This document shows, piece by piece, positions 50,725 to 59,776 of a stretch of 64,000 nucleotides of DNA. Source of the DNA: a virus. A model generated the notes under the pieces. The model searched no databases, was not told where the DNA came from, and worked only from the letters and a program-made list of their open reading frames with translations. The stretch spans positions 9,680 through 73,679 of the IMG/VR virus record IMGVR_UViG_3300017598_000441, one strand, 5' to 3'. Every line of letters begins with the position of its first letter. Position 1 is the first letter of the stretch. Both the position numbers and the translations under genes were made by a program.

Positions 50725-51405
50725 ATGGAAAAAGATACCCACACAGAAGAAGGTTTTTCCTTCAATTCAATAGTAGAGTTTGATAGTCATATATCAAACT
50801 CTATTCCTAGTTATGATAGTTTGTTAAACTTTGTAGTTCAACTATCCGACTACTTCATGGAGGAGGGAGTCAATAATTTTGATATAGGTTGTAGCACAGG
50901 TAAATTAGTCAAGAGGCTAGGAGAAAGACATCCAAGCTCTAAATTTACTGGCATAGATAATGAGGTGAATTTCAAAGATGAGATGGATTCAGCCTCAACC
51001 AATACCAATTTTATATTCAAAGATATATTCAAAGTGGATAATTTCAAGAACTCCAACTTTAATACTTTAATATTCACCTTGCAGTTTTTACCTCCCCACA
51101 AAAGATTAGAATTAGTGAAAAAACTCTACGATGGGTTAAACTTAGGGGGAGCCTTAGTAGTTGCAGAAAAGACACTATCAAAAAGCTCCAAGTTCCAAGA
51201 GATTCTAACCTTTTTATATTACGACTATAAGAGGGCGTATTTTTCAGATAAGTCTATTTTAGAGAAAGAGAAATCTCTTAGAGTCATAATGAAGCCTATG
51301 ACATTCCAAGATTTAGAAAACTTAATGATAGCAGCAGGCTTTTCAGAAGTAGAGATTTTCTGGAAAAGTTATAATTTCATAGGTATAATTGCAATAAAGA
51401 ATTAA
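50725..51405 (+). CDS. cmoA: CmoA-like SAM-binding protein (putative carboxy-SAM synthase)
   Basis: F.F...FD.HI..SIP.Y, DIGCSTG, IDN, FTLQFL, GGALVVAEK, DYKR, AGF..VE.FW..YNF...IA.K, colinear with CmoA. Confidence 0.8.
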   Translation: MEKDTHTEEGFSFNSIVEFDSHISNSIPSYDSLLNFVVQLSDYFMEEGVNNFDIGCSTGKLVKRLGERHPSSKFTGIDNEVNFKDEMDSASTNTNFIFKDIFKVDNFKNSNFNTLIFTLQFLPPHKRLELVKKLYDGLNLGGALVVAEKTLSKSSKFQEILTFLYYDYKRAYFSDKSILEKEKSLRVIMKPMTFQDLENLMIAAGFSEVEIFWKSYNFIGIIAIKN

Positions 51406-51425
51406 TAATCCATAAAAGAAGAAAG

Positions 51426-51992
51426 ATGGCAGTAGTAAAAAAAATGGTAAAGATATTCAAGAAGGACATTCAAGAATATTCAAAGAATGAGAAGATTCAC
51501 ACTAACGAGAATCTTGCATTAATCCGAAAAAGTATCTCAGACATAGGGTATGTAACCCCTATTGTAATAGATGAAAATAATGTAATCCTAGCAGGGCACG
51601 GAAGATTCGCAGTTATGTTAGAGAGTAAGACTCTCAAAATAGAGTGTATGCAAATAACAGGTCTTACAGAACTACAAAAAAAGAAATTTAGACTATACGA
51701 CAACCAGACAGCTAGGACGGGTCACTTCGATAATGATTTATTACTAGACACCGTGGGAGGTATCCTAGCAGAAGATTCGGAGTTTAATATCGGAATACTA
51801 GGTATTGAAGGTTTAGCGGAAGCCTTTTCTGATGAGATTATAAGCCTAGATTTAGGTACTGCCAAATTTGAAAAAGTAGAAAATGAAAGTCCTTTGAAAG
51901 TACTGGTAGTAGTTACTGACCGAGTAGAGGAAATAAAAGAACTACTAAGAAAGGAGAAAGGTACAGAGTTTTCACAAGGAATAAAAGCATAA
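51426..51992 (+). CDS. ParB N-terminal domain protein
   Basis: N.KIH, SI...GY..PIVIDEN.VILAGHGR, RL.DN. Confidence 0.9.
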   Translation: MAVVKKMVKIFKKDIQEYSKNEKIHTNENLALIRKSISDIGYVTPIVIDENNVILAGHGRFAVMLESKTLKIECMQITGLTELQKKKFRLYDNQTARTGHFDNDLLLDTVGGILAEDSEFNIGILGIEGLAEAFSDEIISLDLGTAKFEKVENESPLKVLVVVTDRVEEIKELLRKEKGTEFSQGIKA

Positions 51993-51996
51993 TACC

Positions 51997-52488
51997 ATGA
52001 GCAGAGAAAAGGAAATTACACTTAAACAGCTCAAATCTAAACTAGCTCTGGTAAAAATACAGCCAGATAAACTACTGGAATTAGATACAGAGTTCATAGA
52101 GTTGGAGCAGGAATTATCTTCAAATTCTAAAAAACCTTACTTATCAAGCCTAAGTGCTATAAATACTGTGGTAAGAAAATACAAAAAACTTGTAGATTTA
52201 ATAGTGGCAGATAAACTCAAAGGAATCAGTTTAAGAAACATAAAATTGATAATGAGTACAGAGGGACTACGAAACCTAGTAGTAGTCTTTAAACCCCAAG
52301 ATTTCAACCTAAAGTTTTTCGGAGGGGACTACCGAGCAAAACTTACTCCAGAGTACTTCTTTAGACTGTTGGAGGATAAAGTATCTGGAAAAGTATTTAT
52401 TTTTAAACATTCAGAAACTTCGGTAGCTAAAACACAGACTGCAAACATTACAAAAACACAATACTATGTACTCTTTAGTAAAGATTAA
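51997..52488 (+). CDS. Hypothetical protein
   Basis: ORF within the ParB/methyltransferase cluster. Confidence 0.65.
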   Translation: MSREKEITLKQLKSKLALVKIQPDKLLELDTEFIELEQELSSNSKKPYLSSLSAINTVVRKYKKLVDLIVADKLKGISLRNIKLIMSTEGLRNLVVVFKPQDFNLKFFGGDYRAKLTPEYFFRLLEDKVSGKVFIFKHSETSVAKTQTANITKTQYYVLFSKD

Positions 52489-53950
52489 ATTAAAAAGCTT
52501 AATAGGGGATGAGGACAACCCTAGACTTCTAGCAGACAAGACCAAAGAACTTCTAATATTATCACTAAAGAAGTTCGGATTATTGTCTCCTATTTATTTG
52601 GACCAAAGAGGAGTTTTACTATCTGGACACCAGAGAACCAAAGTTATGAAAGAACTGGGAGTAGAATCCGTCTATTGTAATGTTCTTAAAATGGACTTAG
52701 AAGATAAGAGTAAATTTAACAGCCTCAACTTTGCATTCAATAAAGAGCTACAGGAGATTAATGGTTTTGAGAACTCATCCGAAGAACATATAAAAAGTAA
52801 GAGGGCAGAGTTATTAGAAATGCTTACAGGCATGGAAGACTTAGAAGACATAACACAACCCCTAAGAGAAACCTCTGTAGTACCAGTTTCAGATATTACA
52901 CCAACAGAAACAGACATACCCGAAAGGTTAGTATCCAACTCTAGAATGTTATTTGCTATGGCAGGAGTAGTAATCCCCTTAATATGTGATGAGAATTACA
53001 ATATAGTAAACGGAAACGCTAGATACATATTCTACAAAAAGAAGTTTGCTAAGATACCCTGCATAGTAGCAAAAGGAATCACTCCAGATATATTTAAGTA
53101 CATAACTGCTAACTATTCTCTAAAAGGTAGAGAGGATAATATCCGAGTAGAGGCTAGAAGACATTTCATAAGACCTCACCTATCAAAACACCATGAAGAG
53201 ATAGCTATGGGTAAAGCATCTGGAAACTTTCCACTAGCATTTAGATTAAACTATCAAAACAAGCATTATAAGCATACTTTAGACTTTGGTTCTGGTAATG
53301 GTAAACAAACAGCATTTCAAAGGGCATTAGGGCAGAATATAACGATGTTTGAGCCATTTTCTACTAAGAAGCTAGGTGAGTTCTCTTTATTGGAGACATA
53401 TACCAATTTAAGCACGTTTCTGGATGAATTAGAAGCAAACGATATATTTGATATGGTAAGGGCGAATGCAGTATTGAATAGCGTACCTTTCGAGGAAGAT
53501 TTAAAGAAAGTGGTAACACTCCTAAAGTTTCTGGCTTGCGGAAGTATTAAACTCGCAGTTACAGGAAGAAACGTAAGAAAGTTAGTTAAGTGGGAAGGTA
53601 GAGGTACAGGCACTAAGATTAAGGATATGGGAAAATCCGTTATTATCAGTATTTCACAAAAAACCAAGGTTCAGAAATTCCACACCATAGAAGAGATGGT
53701 AGAAATGTTCTCAGATGAAGGAACAGGAACGGAGGCATTAATAGTAGATGGAAGGTCTGGAGATATAGCAGTAGAGATTAGATACCCTAAATACACAATA
53801 GGTAAAAAGGAATTACTAGAGGCTGTGGCGTTTGAGTTCGGTATGAGTTACGAGAATAGGGTGTTTAAAGACATCAAGAAAAGGGCATTGCAGGTATTCG
53901 AGGAGAGATATGACAGACTACTGTTAGCAGGCGTAGTACAAACCAACTAG
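52466..53950 (+). CDS. Two ParB-like domains fused to a class I SAM-dependent methyltransferase-like domain
   Basis: NPR...SL.KFG...PI...LLSGHQR; second IPLI.D....VNGNAR; LDFGSGNG, FEPF, AVLNSVPF. Confidence 0.8.
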   Translation: MYSLVKIKLKSLIGDEDNPRLLADKTKELLILSLKKFGLLSPIYLDQRGVLLSGHQRTKVMKELGVESVYCNVLKMDLEDKSKFNSLNFAFNKELQEINGFENSSEEHIKSKRAELLEMLTGMEDLEDITQPLRETSVVPVSDITPTETDIPERLVSNSRMLFAMAGVVIPLICDENYNIVNGNARYIFYKKKFAKIPCIVAKGITPDIFKYITANYSLKGREDNIRVEARRHFIRPHLSKHHEEIAMGKASGNFPLAFRLNYQNKHYKHTLDFGSGNGKQTAFQRALGQNITMFEPFSTKKLGEFSLLETYTNLSTFLDELEANDIFDMVRANAVLNSVPFEEDLKKVVTLLKFLACGSIKLAVTGRNVRKLVKWEGRGTGTKIKDMGKSVIISISQKTKVQKFHTIEEMVEMFSDEGTGTEALIVDGRSGDIAVEIRYPKYTIGKKELLEAVAFEFGMSYENRVFKDIKKRALQVFEERYDRLLLAGVVQTN

Positions 53951-53990
53951 AAATTTTGGTTTTTTACAAAAACGAACAGAATAAAAAATT

Positions 53991-54527
53991 ATGAAAAAGA
54001 CAGACAAATCTGATTTGACAATCTGGACTAAAGCAGGTACAAAACGGAAAAGAAAAAGGAGACCAAATTCAAAACCAAACTCAGAAGCTACCAAAAAAGC
54101 CAAGCAACGTAAAGCCGCTAAGACTGCCAAGGAAGCAAGTATAAAAACCAAAGCTGCTAAAGCTGCAATGTTAAAGGCTTTGACTGCGAACTTAGGTATT
54201 GTTACTAATGCGTGCCAACAGGCAAACCTATCAAGAACGCAACATTACCAGTGGCTCAAAGATGACAAAGCTTACAGTCAAGCCGTGGAGGATATAGGAG
54301 AACAAGCTATTGACTTTGTGGAAGGTTCTTTATTCAAACAGATTAAAAACCAACAGACTGCCCCTACTATATTTTATCTAAAAACCAAAGCAAAACACCG
54401 TGGGTATATTGAAACGCAAGTAAATATAAATCACGAAGGGGATTCTCTACATGAATTAACAGAAGAGGAACTTAAACAAATTGCAGAATATGGATATGTA
54501 AAAGATAAAGTAAAAGAAGTAGATTAA
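53991..54527 (+). CDS. Terminase small subunit
   Basis: LGIVT.AC....SR..HY.W...D, AIDFVE..L, IFYLKTK.K.RGY; precedes TerL. Confidence 0.85.
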   Translation: MKKTDKSDLTIWTKAGTKRKRKRRPNSKPNSEATKKAKQRKAAKTAKEASIKTKAAKAAMLKALTANLGIVTNACQQANLSRTQHYQWLKDDKAYSQAVEDIGEQAIDFVEGSLFKQIKNQQTAPTIFYLKTKAKHRGYIETQVNINHEGDSLHELTEEELKQIAEYGYVKDKVKEVD

Positions 54528-56185
54528 TGAGGCCGACAGTAAGCAGAAATGATGCACTTATAGAACTAGCCAGACGTAAGCAATTAGAGTACTGGAGACT
54601 TAACCCCTTAAAGTGGTTAGAGGAGAGACTGGGAGAGAATCCTAGAGACTTTAAGTGGTCAGAAATGAAAGGTTTTGAGAAACACCAATGGGATGGGGAT
54701 AAAGATTGTTTAGCCTCAGTCTGGGAACTCTTTGGAGATGCCTTATCCGCATCAGCTAATGGAGAAATACCAGACTGGAGATTTGCAGCAATAGAAAGTG
54801 CAACAGGTACAGGAAAAACCTATTTTCTGGCTAGGTTAGTACTTTGGTTCTTAGATACCAACAGGAACAGTTTAGTGGTTACTTCCGCACCCTCAGAAAC
54901 ACAGTTAAAGATGGGATTGTGGTCAGAGATTGCAAATCTATTCCCTAAGATAAAGAAATCTAGACCCTACTCTGAAAAATGGAAGCTAAGGGTAGCTATG
55001 GATATTAAACAGAAAGATTTGGCAGATAGTTGGCACGCTATAGGTTTTGTTACAGGTACTAATGCTAATGAAGAATCTTCAAACAGAGCCAGAGGTTTCC
55101 ACAGAAAAAATATGTTAATCATATTAGAGGAGTGCACAGGTATTCCCCCATCTATTTTGACAGCATTTCAAAACACTTGTACTGCAAATGCCAATTTTAT
55201 TCTAGGAGTGGGAAACCCTAACAATGAGTTCGATACATTACATAGATTCGCAACCCAAGACAATGTTAGAAACTTTAGGCTATCGGCTTTTGACCATCCT
55301 AATATTGTTTTAAAGAAAGAGCATTTCTCTGGGGCAGTTACCGAAACATCTTTAAAGGATAGGTCCTCTACTTATGTAGAAGGTTCCGCATTCTGGAATG
55401 CTATGGTTAGAGGTATATGCCCAACTACCAGTGTAGATAGTTTGGTAAATCTAAAATGGATGGAAGCCGTACTAAATATAGATGTAGAACCAGAATTTGA
55501 AACGGAGACAGATGCTGTAGGGGTGGATGTAGCCAACTCCACAAATGGGGATAAAGGTGCAACAGCTTGGGGACATGGCAGCAAACTTACTGATATGTTT
55601 GAATTTGTTTGTCCGAACGCCACACACTTAGGCTATAATTTGATACTAGATGATGTATCCCTTGCAGACAATGGATACCTAAACTACGGATTACCTACTA
55701 TAGGGGTTGATTATGATATTCCACAAGAGTACATAGGGATAGATGCTGTAGGAGTAGGAGTAGCTACGGTTAATGCACTACTGGACGAGGACATTACTCC
55801 AGAATCTCTACAGGGTGGACAATGGAAAGAGGTTATACCTACAGTAGAAAAAGTCCTAGACGGAAATACTGTAGAAGTCCCAATGTATAAGTTTCCATCT
55901 CTTAGGTCTCAAATGTACTGGGAGTTTAGGGAGGATATAAGACTTAAAAAGCTATCTATATGTATTGCCAACCCAGAGATGCGTAATCAGTTAATCAAAG
56001 AAGCAACAATACCTAAATACGATGTTAGTCGAGGTTATATTACCGTGGAGAGCAAAGAATCTATCCGAAAAAGATTAGGGAAGTCTCCAAACGTTCTTGA
56101 TTGTGCTGTTTATTGGAACTGGATTAGAAAAGGGTATAGAGTAAACCCTCAAACATTCTACGTGAATCTATCTGGAGGGAGTTAA
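54527..56185 (+). CDS. Terminase large subunit
   Basis: SATGTGKT, IILEE, GNPN, GVDVA, ESKE.IRKRLG.SP...D. Confidence 0.92.
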   Translation: MRPTVSRNDALIELARRKQLEYWRLNPLKWLEERLGENPRDFKWSEMKGFEKHQWDGDKDCLASVWELFGDALSASANGEIPDWRFAAIESATGTGKTYFLARLVLWFLDTNRNSLVVTSAPSETQLKMGLWSEIANLFPKIKKSRPYSEKWKLRVAMDIKQKDLADSWHAIGFVTGTNANEESSNRARGFHRKNMLIILEECTGIPPSILTAFQNTCTANANFILGVGNPNNEFDTLHRFATQDNVRNFRLSAFDHPNIVLKKEHFSGAVTETSLKDRSSTYVEGSAFWNAMVRGICPTTSVDSLVNLKWMEAVLNIDVEPEFETETDAVGVDVANSTNGDKGATAWGHGSKLTDMFEFVCPNATHLGYNLILDDVSLADNGYLNYGLPTIGVDYDIPQEYIGIDAVGVGVATVNALLDEDITPESLQGGQWKEVIPTVEKVLDGNTVEVPMYKFPSLRSQMYWEFREDIRLKKLSICIANPEMRNQLIKEATIPKYDVSRGYITVESKESIRKRLGKSPNVLDCAVYWNWIRKGYRVNPQTFYVNLSGGS

Positions 56186-56275
56186 TGTGTAGTTTATTAT
56201 TAGACAATAACTAGAAATATACCTAAATATAGCATTTTATTAAAAATTACCCCAAGGGTATAACCAAAAATAACG

Positions 56276-56309
56276 AAAGTGTGTAAAATCAAACTACACA
56301 CTTTTATTT
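56276..56309 (+). terminator. Probable terminator after TerL
   Basis: AAAGTGTGTA ... TACACACTTT followed by T-rich tract. Confidence 0.6.
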
Positions 56310-56321
56310 TACAATAAACCT

Positions 56322-56403
56322 AAAAATAATTTTGGTAGATAACAAAACTTTTCGTATCTTTACATAAGTAAAAGAGATAATACAAACCACTAAATTTAAA
56401 GCC
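56322..56403 (+). promoter_or_regulatory. Promoter and leader cassette copy
   Basis: AATAATTTTGGTAGATAACAAAAC...TATCTTTAC...AAACCACTAAATTT. Confidence 0.8.
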
Positions 56404-56682
56404 ATGTCAAAAATAGCTTATGTTTGCCCATCCTGCCTCAACGAGATTTCTGTAGAGGAGTATCACAGCAATAACTGCAGCCAATGTAGTAAACCAGAGA
56501 AAATAAATCTACTGACTAAACCCGAGGAGACTCTTACAGAAAAAGAAAGGGATTTGATAGGAGACCAAGTAGGCTCTCAGTTCGATGAGAGTATGATAAC
56601 TACAGGTTGGAACGATACAGCACTCCAAAGATATTATGAGGAGTGTGTTAATATGGAAGAATTTAATAACCCTAGAAACTAA
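56404..56682 (+). CDS. Hypothetical zinc-ribbon protein
   Basis: CPSC...CSQC. Confidence 0.7.
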   Translation: MSKIAYVCPSCLNEISVEEYHSNNCSQCSKPEKINLLTKPEETLTEKERDLIGDQVGSQFDESMITTGWNDTALQRYYEECVNMEEFNNPRN

Positions 56683-56686
56683 CCTA

Positions 56687-56941
56687 ATGAAAATTACTGT
56701 AAACAAAAATAAAGCAAAGGAGAGAAAAGAAGAGGTAGTCGCAGAAATTTTAGCGAAAGCTAAAGAGTGTGCAGAAAAGGGTATCAACTCTTTCACTTAC
56801 CATTTTAAAGAGGGGGAACGGAATAGTTTTCCACCCCCTTTGATTAATATATCCGTAAGCAAAGCATCCGAGGGTACTGTAAATTGTGGGTACAGGTGCG
56901 ATGCAGGAACCCACGTTAAATATTACATAGGAGAGAAATAA
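56687..56941 (+). CDS. Hypothetical protein
   Basis: ATG 56687 just after the previous stop. Confidence 0.6.
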   Translation: MKITVNKNKAKERKEEVVAEILAKAKECAEKGINSFTYHFKEGERNSFPPPLINISVSKASEGTVNCGYRCDAGTHVKYYIGEK

Positions 56942-56959
56942 ACTTTTTTAAAAGACATC

Positions 56960-57214
56960 ATGGAAATAGACAAAAACCCTAGAGAAAAAAATCCGAAAAG
57001 CCTAGATATAAAACTACTAGAGATTACACCCTCTGGAGATATTAGAAGATTCCAGTCCCAGTTACGTGTAGGTACAGATACGGCAGACTACATACTTGAA
57101 AACGGAGAGATGAGAGGTTGGGGGTATAATCTAGGGGGTTGTGGGTTTCACAAAGTCATAACGGATTATGTAATAGTATCAGATTCTAGTGAGATGCTAA
57201 CACAGAATATGTAA
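56960..57214 (+). CDS. Hypothetical protein
   Basis: Packed ORF. Confidence 0.6.
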   Translation: MEIDKNPREKNPKSLDIKLLEITPSGDIRRFQSQLRVGTDTADYILENGEMRGWGYNLGGCGFHKVITDYVIVSDSSEMLTQNM

Positions 57215-57247
57215 AAACCAACACATAAACCACTAAATTTTAAGACC

Positions 57248-57691
57248 ATGAGCAAATTCACAAGACTAACAGATAAACCTCTACCAGTTGTAACCCCTAG
57301 ACCTACCAGAGTAAGAATACTGGAAATAGAGATTACAGACGGGTTCCACAAAAACTGGTTAGGAGATACGGTACAGGTACACTTTTCAGATACTGACTTA
57401 GAGGTAGGGGATAGTGTGCAAGTTGCAAGAATGAACTGCAGGACTACTACAAACGTTCTGCAATGGGATGACTACAAAACAGGTCAGAAAAACTACCTAG
57501 GAGTAGGGCATGATAACTGGTGTGATTTTACTTCTATGTTAGGCAAGGTCTCGAAAGTTCTCTTTGGATATGAAGGAATGAGTAATGATAATAAAGTTCG
57601 CAAGAACATCCAAAAAGCAAAAGGATTCACTAAGGCAGATATTGCAGATACCTTTGTTAAGGTGTATAAGATGAATAACACTTTAGCATAA
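57248..57691 (+). CDS. Hypothetical protein
   Basis: AAACCACTAAATTTTAAGACC leader. Confidence 0.7.
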   Translation: MSKFTRLTDKPLPVVTPRPTRVRILEIEITDGFHKNWLGDTVQVHFSDTDLEVGDSVQVARMNCRTTTNVLQWDDYKTGQKNYLGVGHDNWCDFTSMLGKVSKVLFGYEGMSNDNKVRKNIQKAKGFTKADIADTFVKVYKMNNTLA

Positions 57692-57697
57692 AATTAT

Positions 57698-57791
57698 TTC
57701 ATTTCATTGCTAAATAATTTTGGTAGGTAACAAAATTTTCCGTATCTTTACAGAGTAAAAGAGATAAAAACAAACCACAAATTCAAGACCT
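57698..57791 (+). promoter_or_regulatory. Promoter and leader cassette copy
   Basis: Near-identical to copies at 59054, 61046, 61899 and 63916. Confidence 0.85.
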
Positions 57792-58007
57792 ATGTACATT
57801 CAAGACCTAACAGACAATCAGCTTACTACTCAGTACACAGCATTTAAAAGTTTCCATGAATTACTTCATGCCAAAGGAAACTACCGACCATCACTAAGAA
57901 CCGAAACTACCAGAGGTAGGGAACAATTCGACCTAAGAGTGTTGGCAGATTCCTACGATTTAGAACAACTAAAAAGAGGGGATTCCCGAAGAGCATTCAG
58001 AAGCTAA
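57792..58007 (+). CDS. Hypothetical protein
   Basis: Follows a cassette. Confidence 0.7.
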   Translation: MYIQDLTDNQLTTQYTAFKSFHELLHAKGNYRPSLRTETTRGREQFDLRVLADSYDLEQLKRGDSRRAFRS

Positions 58008-58063
58008 AATTATAATAATAGACAAAAATTGTGTATCTTTACAAGGTAACATAAACGAATATA

Positions 58064-58267
58064 ATGCAAAAACGAGCTAGATACCTGCCAGTCCAGAGAA
58101 CAAAATACTGGCAGGTACATCACGAATATTATTGTCTTATCCAAGGTAGGACAATATCCGAACCTGTAACAGATACTGCAGGGGTAGTATTAAAGTTCAA
58201 AAACAAGAGAGGGGCAAAAGCATGGATAAGTGCCAGAAACGGTCTCCTTAGAATATTTCCAAATTAA
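58064..58267 (+). CDS. Hypothetical protein
   Basis: Preceded by TATCTTTAC element. Confidence 0.6.
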   Translation: MQKRARYLPVQRTKYWQVHHEYYCLIQGRTISEPVTDTAGVVLKFKNKRGAKAWISARNGLLRIFPN

Positions 58268-58281
58268 AATAAAACACACGT

Positions 58282-58593
58282 ATGAATCTAGAGGACATAA
58301 AATACGATATTGATGATAGTGGTTTCGGGGACGGAAGCGTTGCTATCCAGTTTTCAGAAATCTTTGCCAACGAGGGGGAGGCTCAAAGGTTCTTACTGAA
58401 ATTCAAAATGCAAATGCAAACTACTGAGGAGGTTTACTTTTCTTACCGAGATATAAATTCAGAAATCCAACACGCAAGCATGAAGACAAAAGACGTTGGA
58501 GAATACATTGGTACTCTGGAGACCAAACTAAATAAGTTCAAAGCATTAGTAAAAGAGTTTAACGAAATAAATAAAACACACAATGACAGCTAA
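58282..58593 (+). CDS. Hypothetical protein
   Basis: ACACAC leader. Confidence 0.65.
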   Translation: MNLEDIKYDIDDSGFGDGSVAIQFSEIFANEGEAQRFLLKFKMQMQTTEEVYFSYRDINSEIQHASMKTKDVGEYIGTLETKLNKFKALVKEFNEINKTHNDS

Positions 58594-58900
58594 AAAGTTT
58601 TTTGAAGAAGAGGCAGATAATGTATTCTCCAGTATTAAGGGAGTTACCCACACGGTAGAGGGAGTGAAACAGCAAGTTTATACAGAGTCAGAAATGATAG
58701 CTTTTGCGGAGGCTTACCGTAAGGAGACCTTACCAGATGCAAAAGTATATGAAGCTATTGAAAAGATTCAACAGGCAATAGTAGAGGCAGGAGGTACATT
58801 CCTACCCCAGAGAGATATTAGGAAAATGTCGGTGGAGGAATTACTGCAGCTGACCACTCCAAACAATATTAAATTTATGGTAAGTGCCGTACAAAAATAA
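58583..58900 (+). CDS. Hypothetical protein
   Basis: ACACAC leader. Confidence 0.65.
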   Translation: MTAKKFFEEEADNVFSSIKGVTHTVEGVKQQVYTESEMIAFAEAYRKETLPDAKVYEAIEKIQQAIVEAGGTFLPQRDIRKMSVEELLQLTTPNNIKFMVSAVQK

Positions 58901-59053
58901 TTACAGATATGTTATATAAAGGGTTTAAGATAGTTCCAGACAAAAAGCTAGGCTACTCACTAATAGATAGAAAAGGTAAGTGGGCTTGTAGCAAAACAGG
59001 TAAAGAAGAATTAGAAGAGATAGTTGATGACATTTTAGATAAAGAAAATTAAT

Positions 59054-59153
59054 TTCACTTTATTGCTAAATAATTTTGGTAGATAACAAAATTTTCCGTA
59101 TCTTTACGGAGTAAAAGGGAAACAAATAGTACAAACCACTAAATTTTAAGACC
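59054..59153 (+). promoter_or_regulatory. Promoter and leader cassette copy
   Basis: TTCACTTTATTGCTAAATAATTTTGGTAGATAACAAAATTTTCCGTATCTTTACGGAGTAAAAG...AAACCACTAAATTTTAAGACC. Confidence 0.9.
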
Positions 59154-59393
59154 ATGCAAGGATTAAGAAACAACTCAGACAACACACTACTAGAAGTATT
59201 TTTCTCAGCCTCAACAAAAGTAGGAGGAGTATTAGTTTGGTTAGAAAGTAACCTAGACAAACTAGGACTAGAAGAGGAGCACAGCTGCACAGTATCCGCA
59301 GACGAATGTAACGGCAAAGTCCGTTTCACAGTCTCTGGGGACGAAGACTTAAAAGAGCTATTCCTAGAGGAATTAACAGTACTAGAAATGTAA
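59154..59393 (+). CDS. Hypothetical acidic protein
   Basis: Follows a cassette. Confidence 0.7.
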   Translation: MQGLRNNSDNTLLEVFFSASTKVGGVLVWLESNLDKLGLEEEHSCTVSADECNGKVRFTVSGDEDLKELFLEELTVLEM

Positions 59394-59422
59394 TAACACA
59401 AACCACTAAAATTTTTAAAACC

Positions 59423-59776
59423 ATGCCAGATAAAAAACTAAGTGTAGGTCAAGAAGTGTACCTACTGGAGAGCCTACTTTACAGAAAAAAGAATAGAGAG
59501 GATTTAATAAAAACGGAGATAACCAAAGTAGGTAGGAAGTATTTCTACATCCAAAATTCCGACTCTAAGTTCAGTATAGATACACTAAGGGAGGTTAATA
59601 ATATTAATTATCAAGGACGTGTGTATCTAACAGAGCAAGAGCATAAAGACAACCTAGAGCACAAATCTCTGTATGAGAAAGTGACAAATAGTTTCAGAGG
59701 TTATCACAGAGTAGAACTAAACCTCTCCCAGTTAAGGAGAATAAACGCAATAATTGAGGGGGCAGATAATGAATAG
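59423..59776 (+). CDS. Hypothetical phage protein
   Basis: VGQ.V...ITKVGRKYF; AAACCACTAAA leader. Confidence 0.7.
   Translation: MPDKKLSVGQEVYLLESLLYRKKNREDLIKTEITKVGRKYFYIQNSDSKFSIDTLREVNNINYQGRVYLTEQEHKDNLEHKSLYEKVTNSFRGYHRVELNLSQLRRINAIIEGADNE

Noticed and set aside
50725-51405. CmoA-like gene as part of tRNA cmo5U modification
   Set aside because: No cmoB or tRNA genes in the window and neighbours are ParB and terminase genes; disfavoured but not excluded, since the rest of the genome is unseen
56186-56321. tRNA or genome terminus in the gap after TerL
   Set aside because: No cloverleaf or T-loop; only a terminator-like hairpin; termini cannot be inferred without reads
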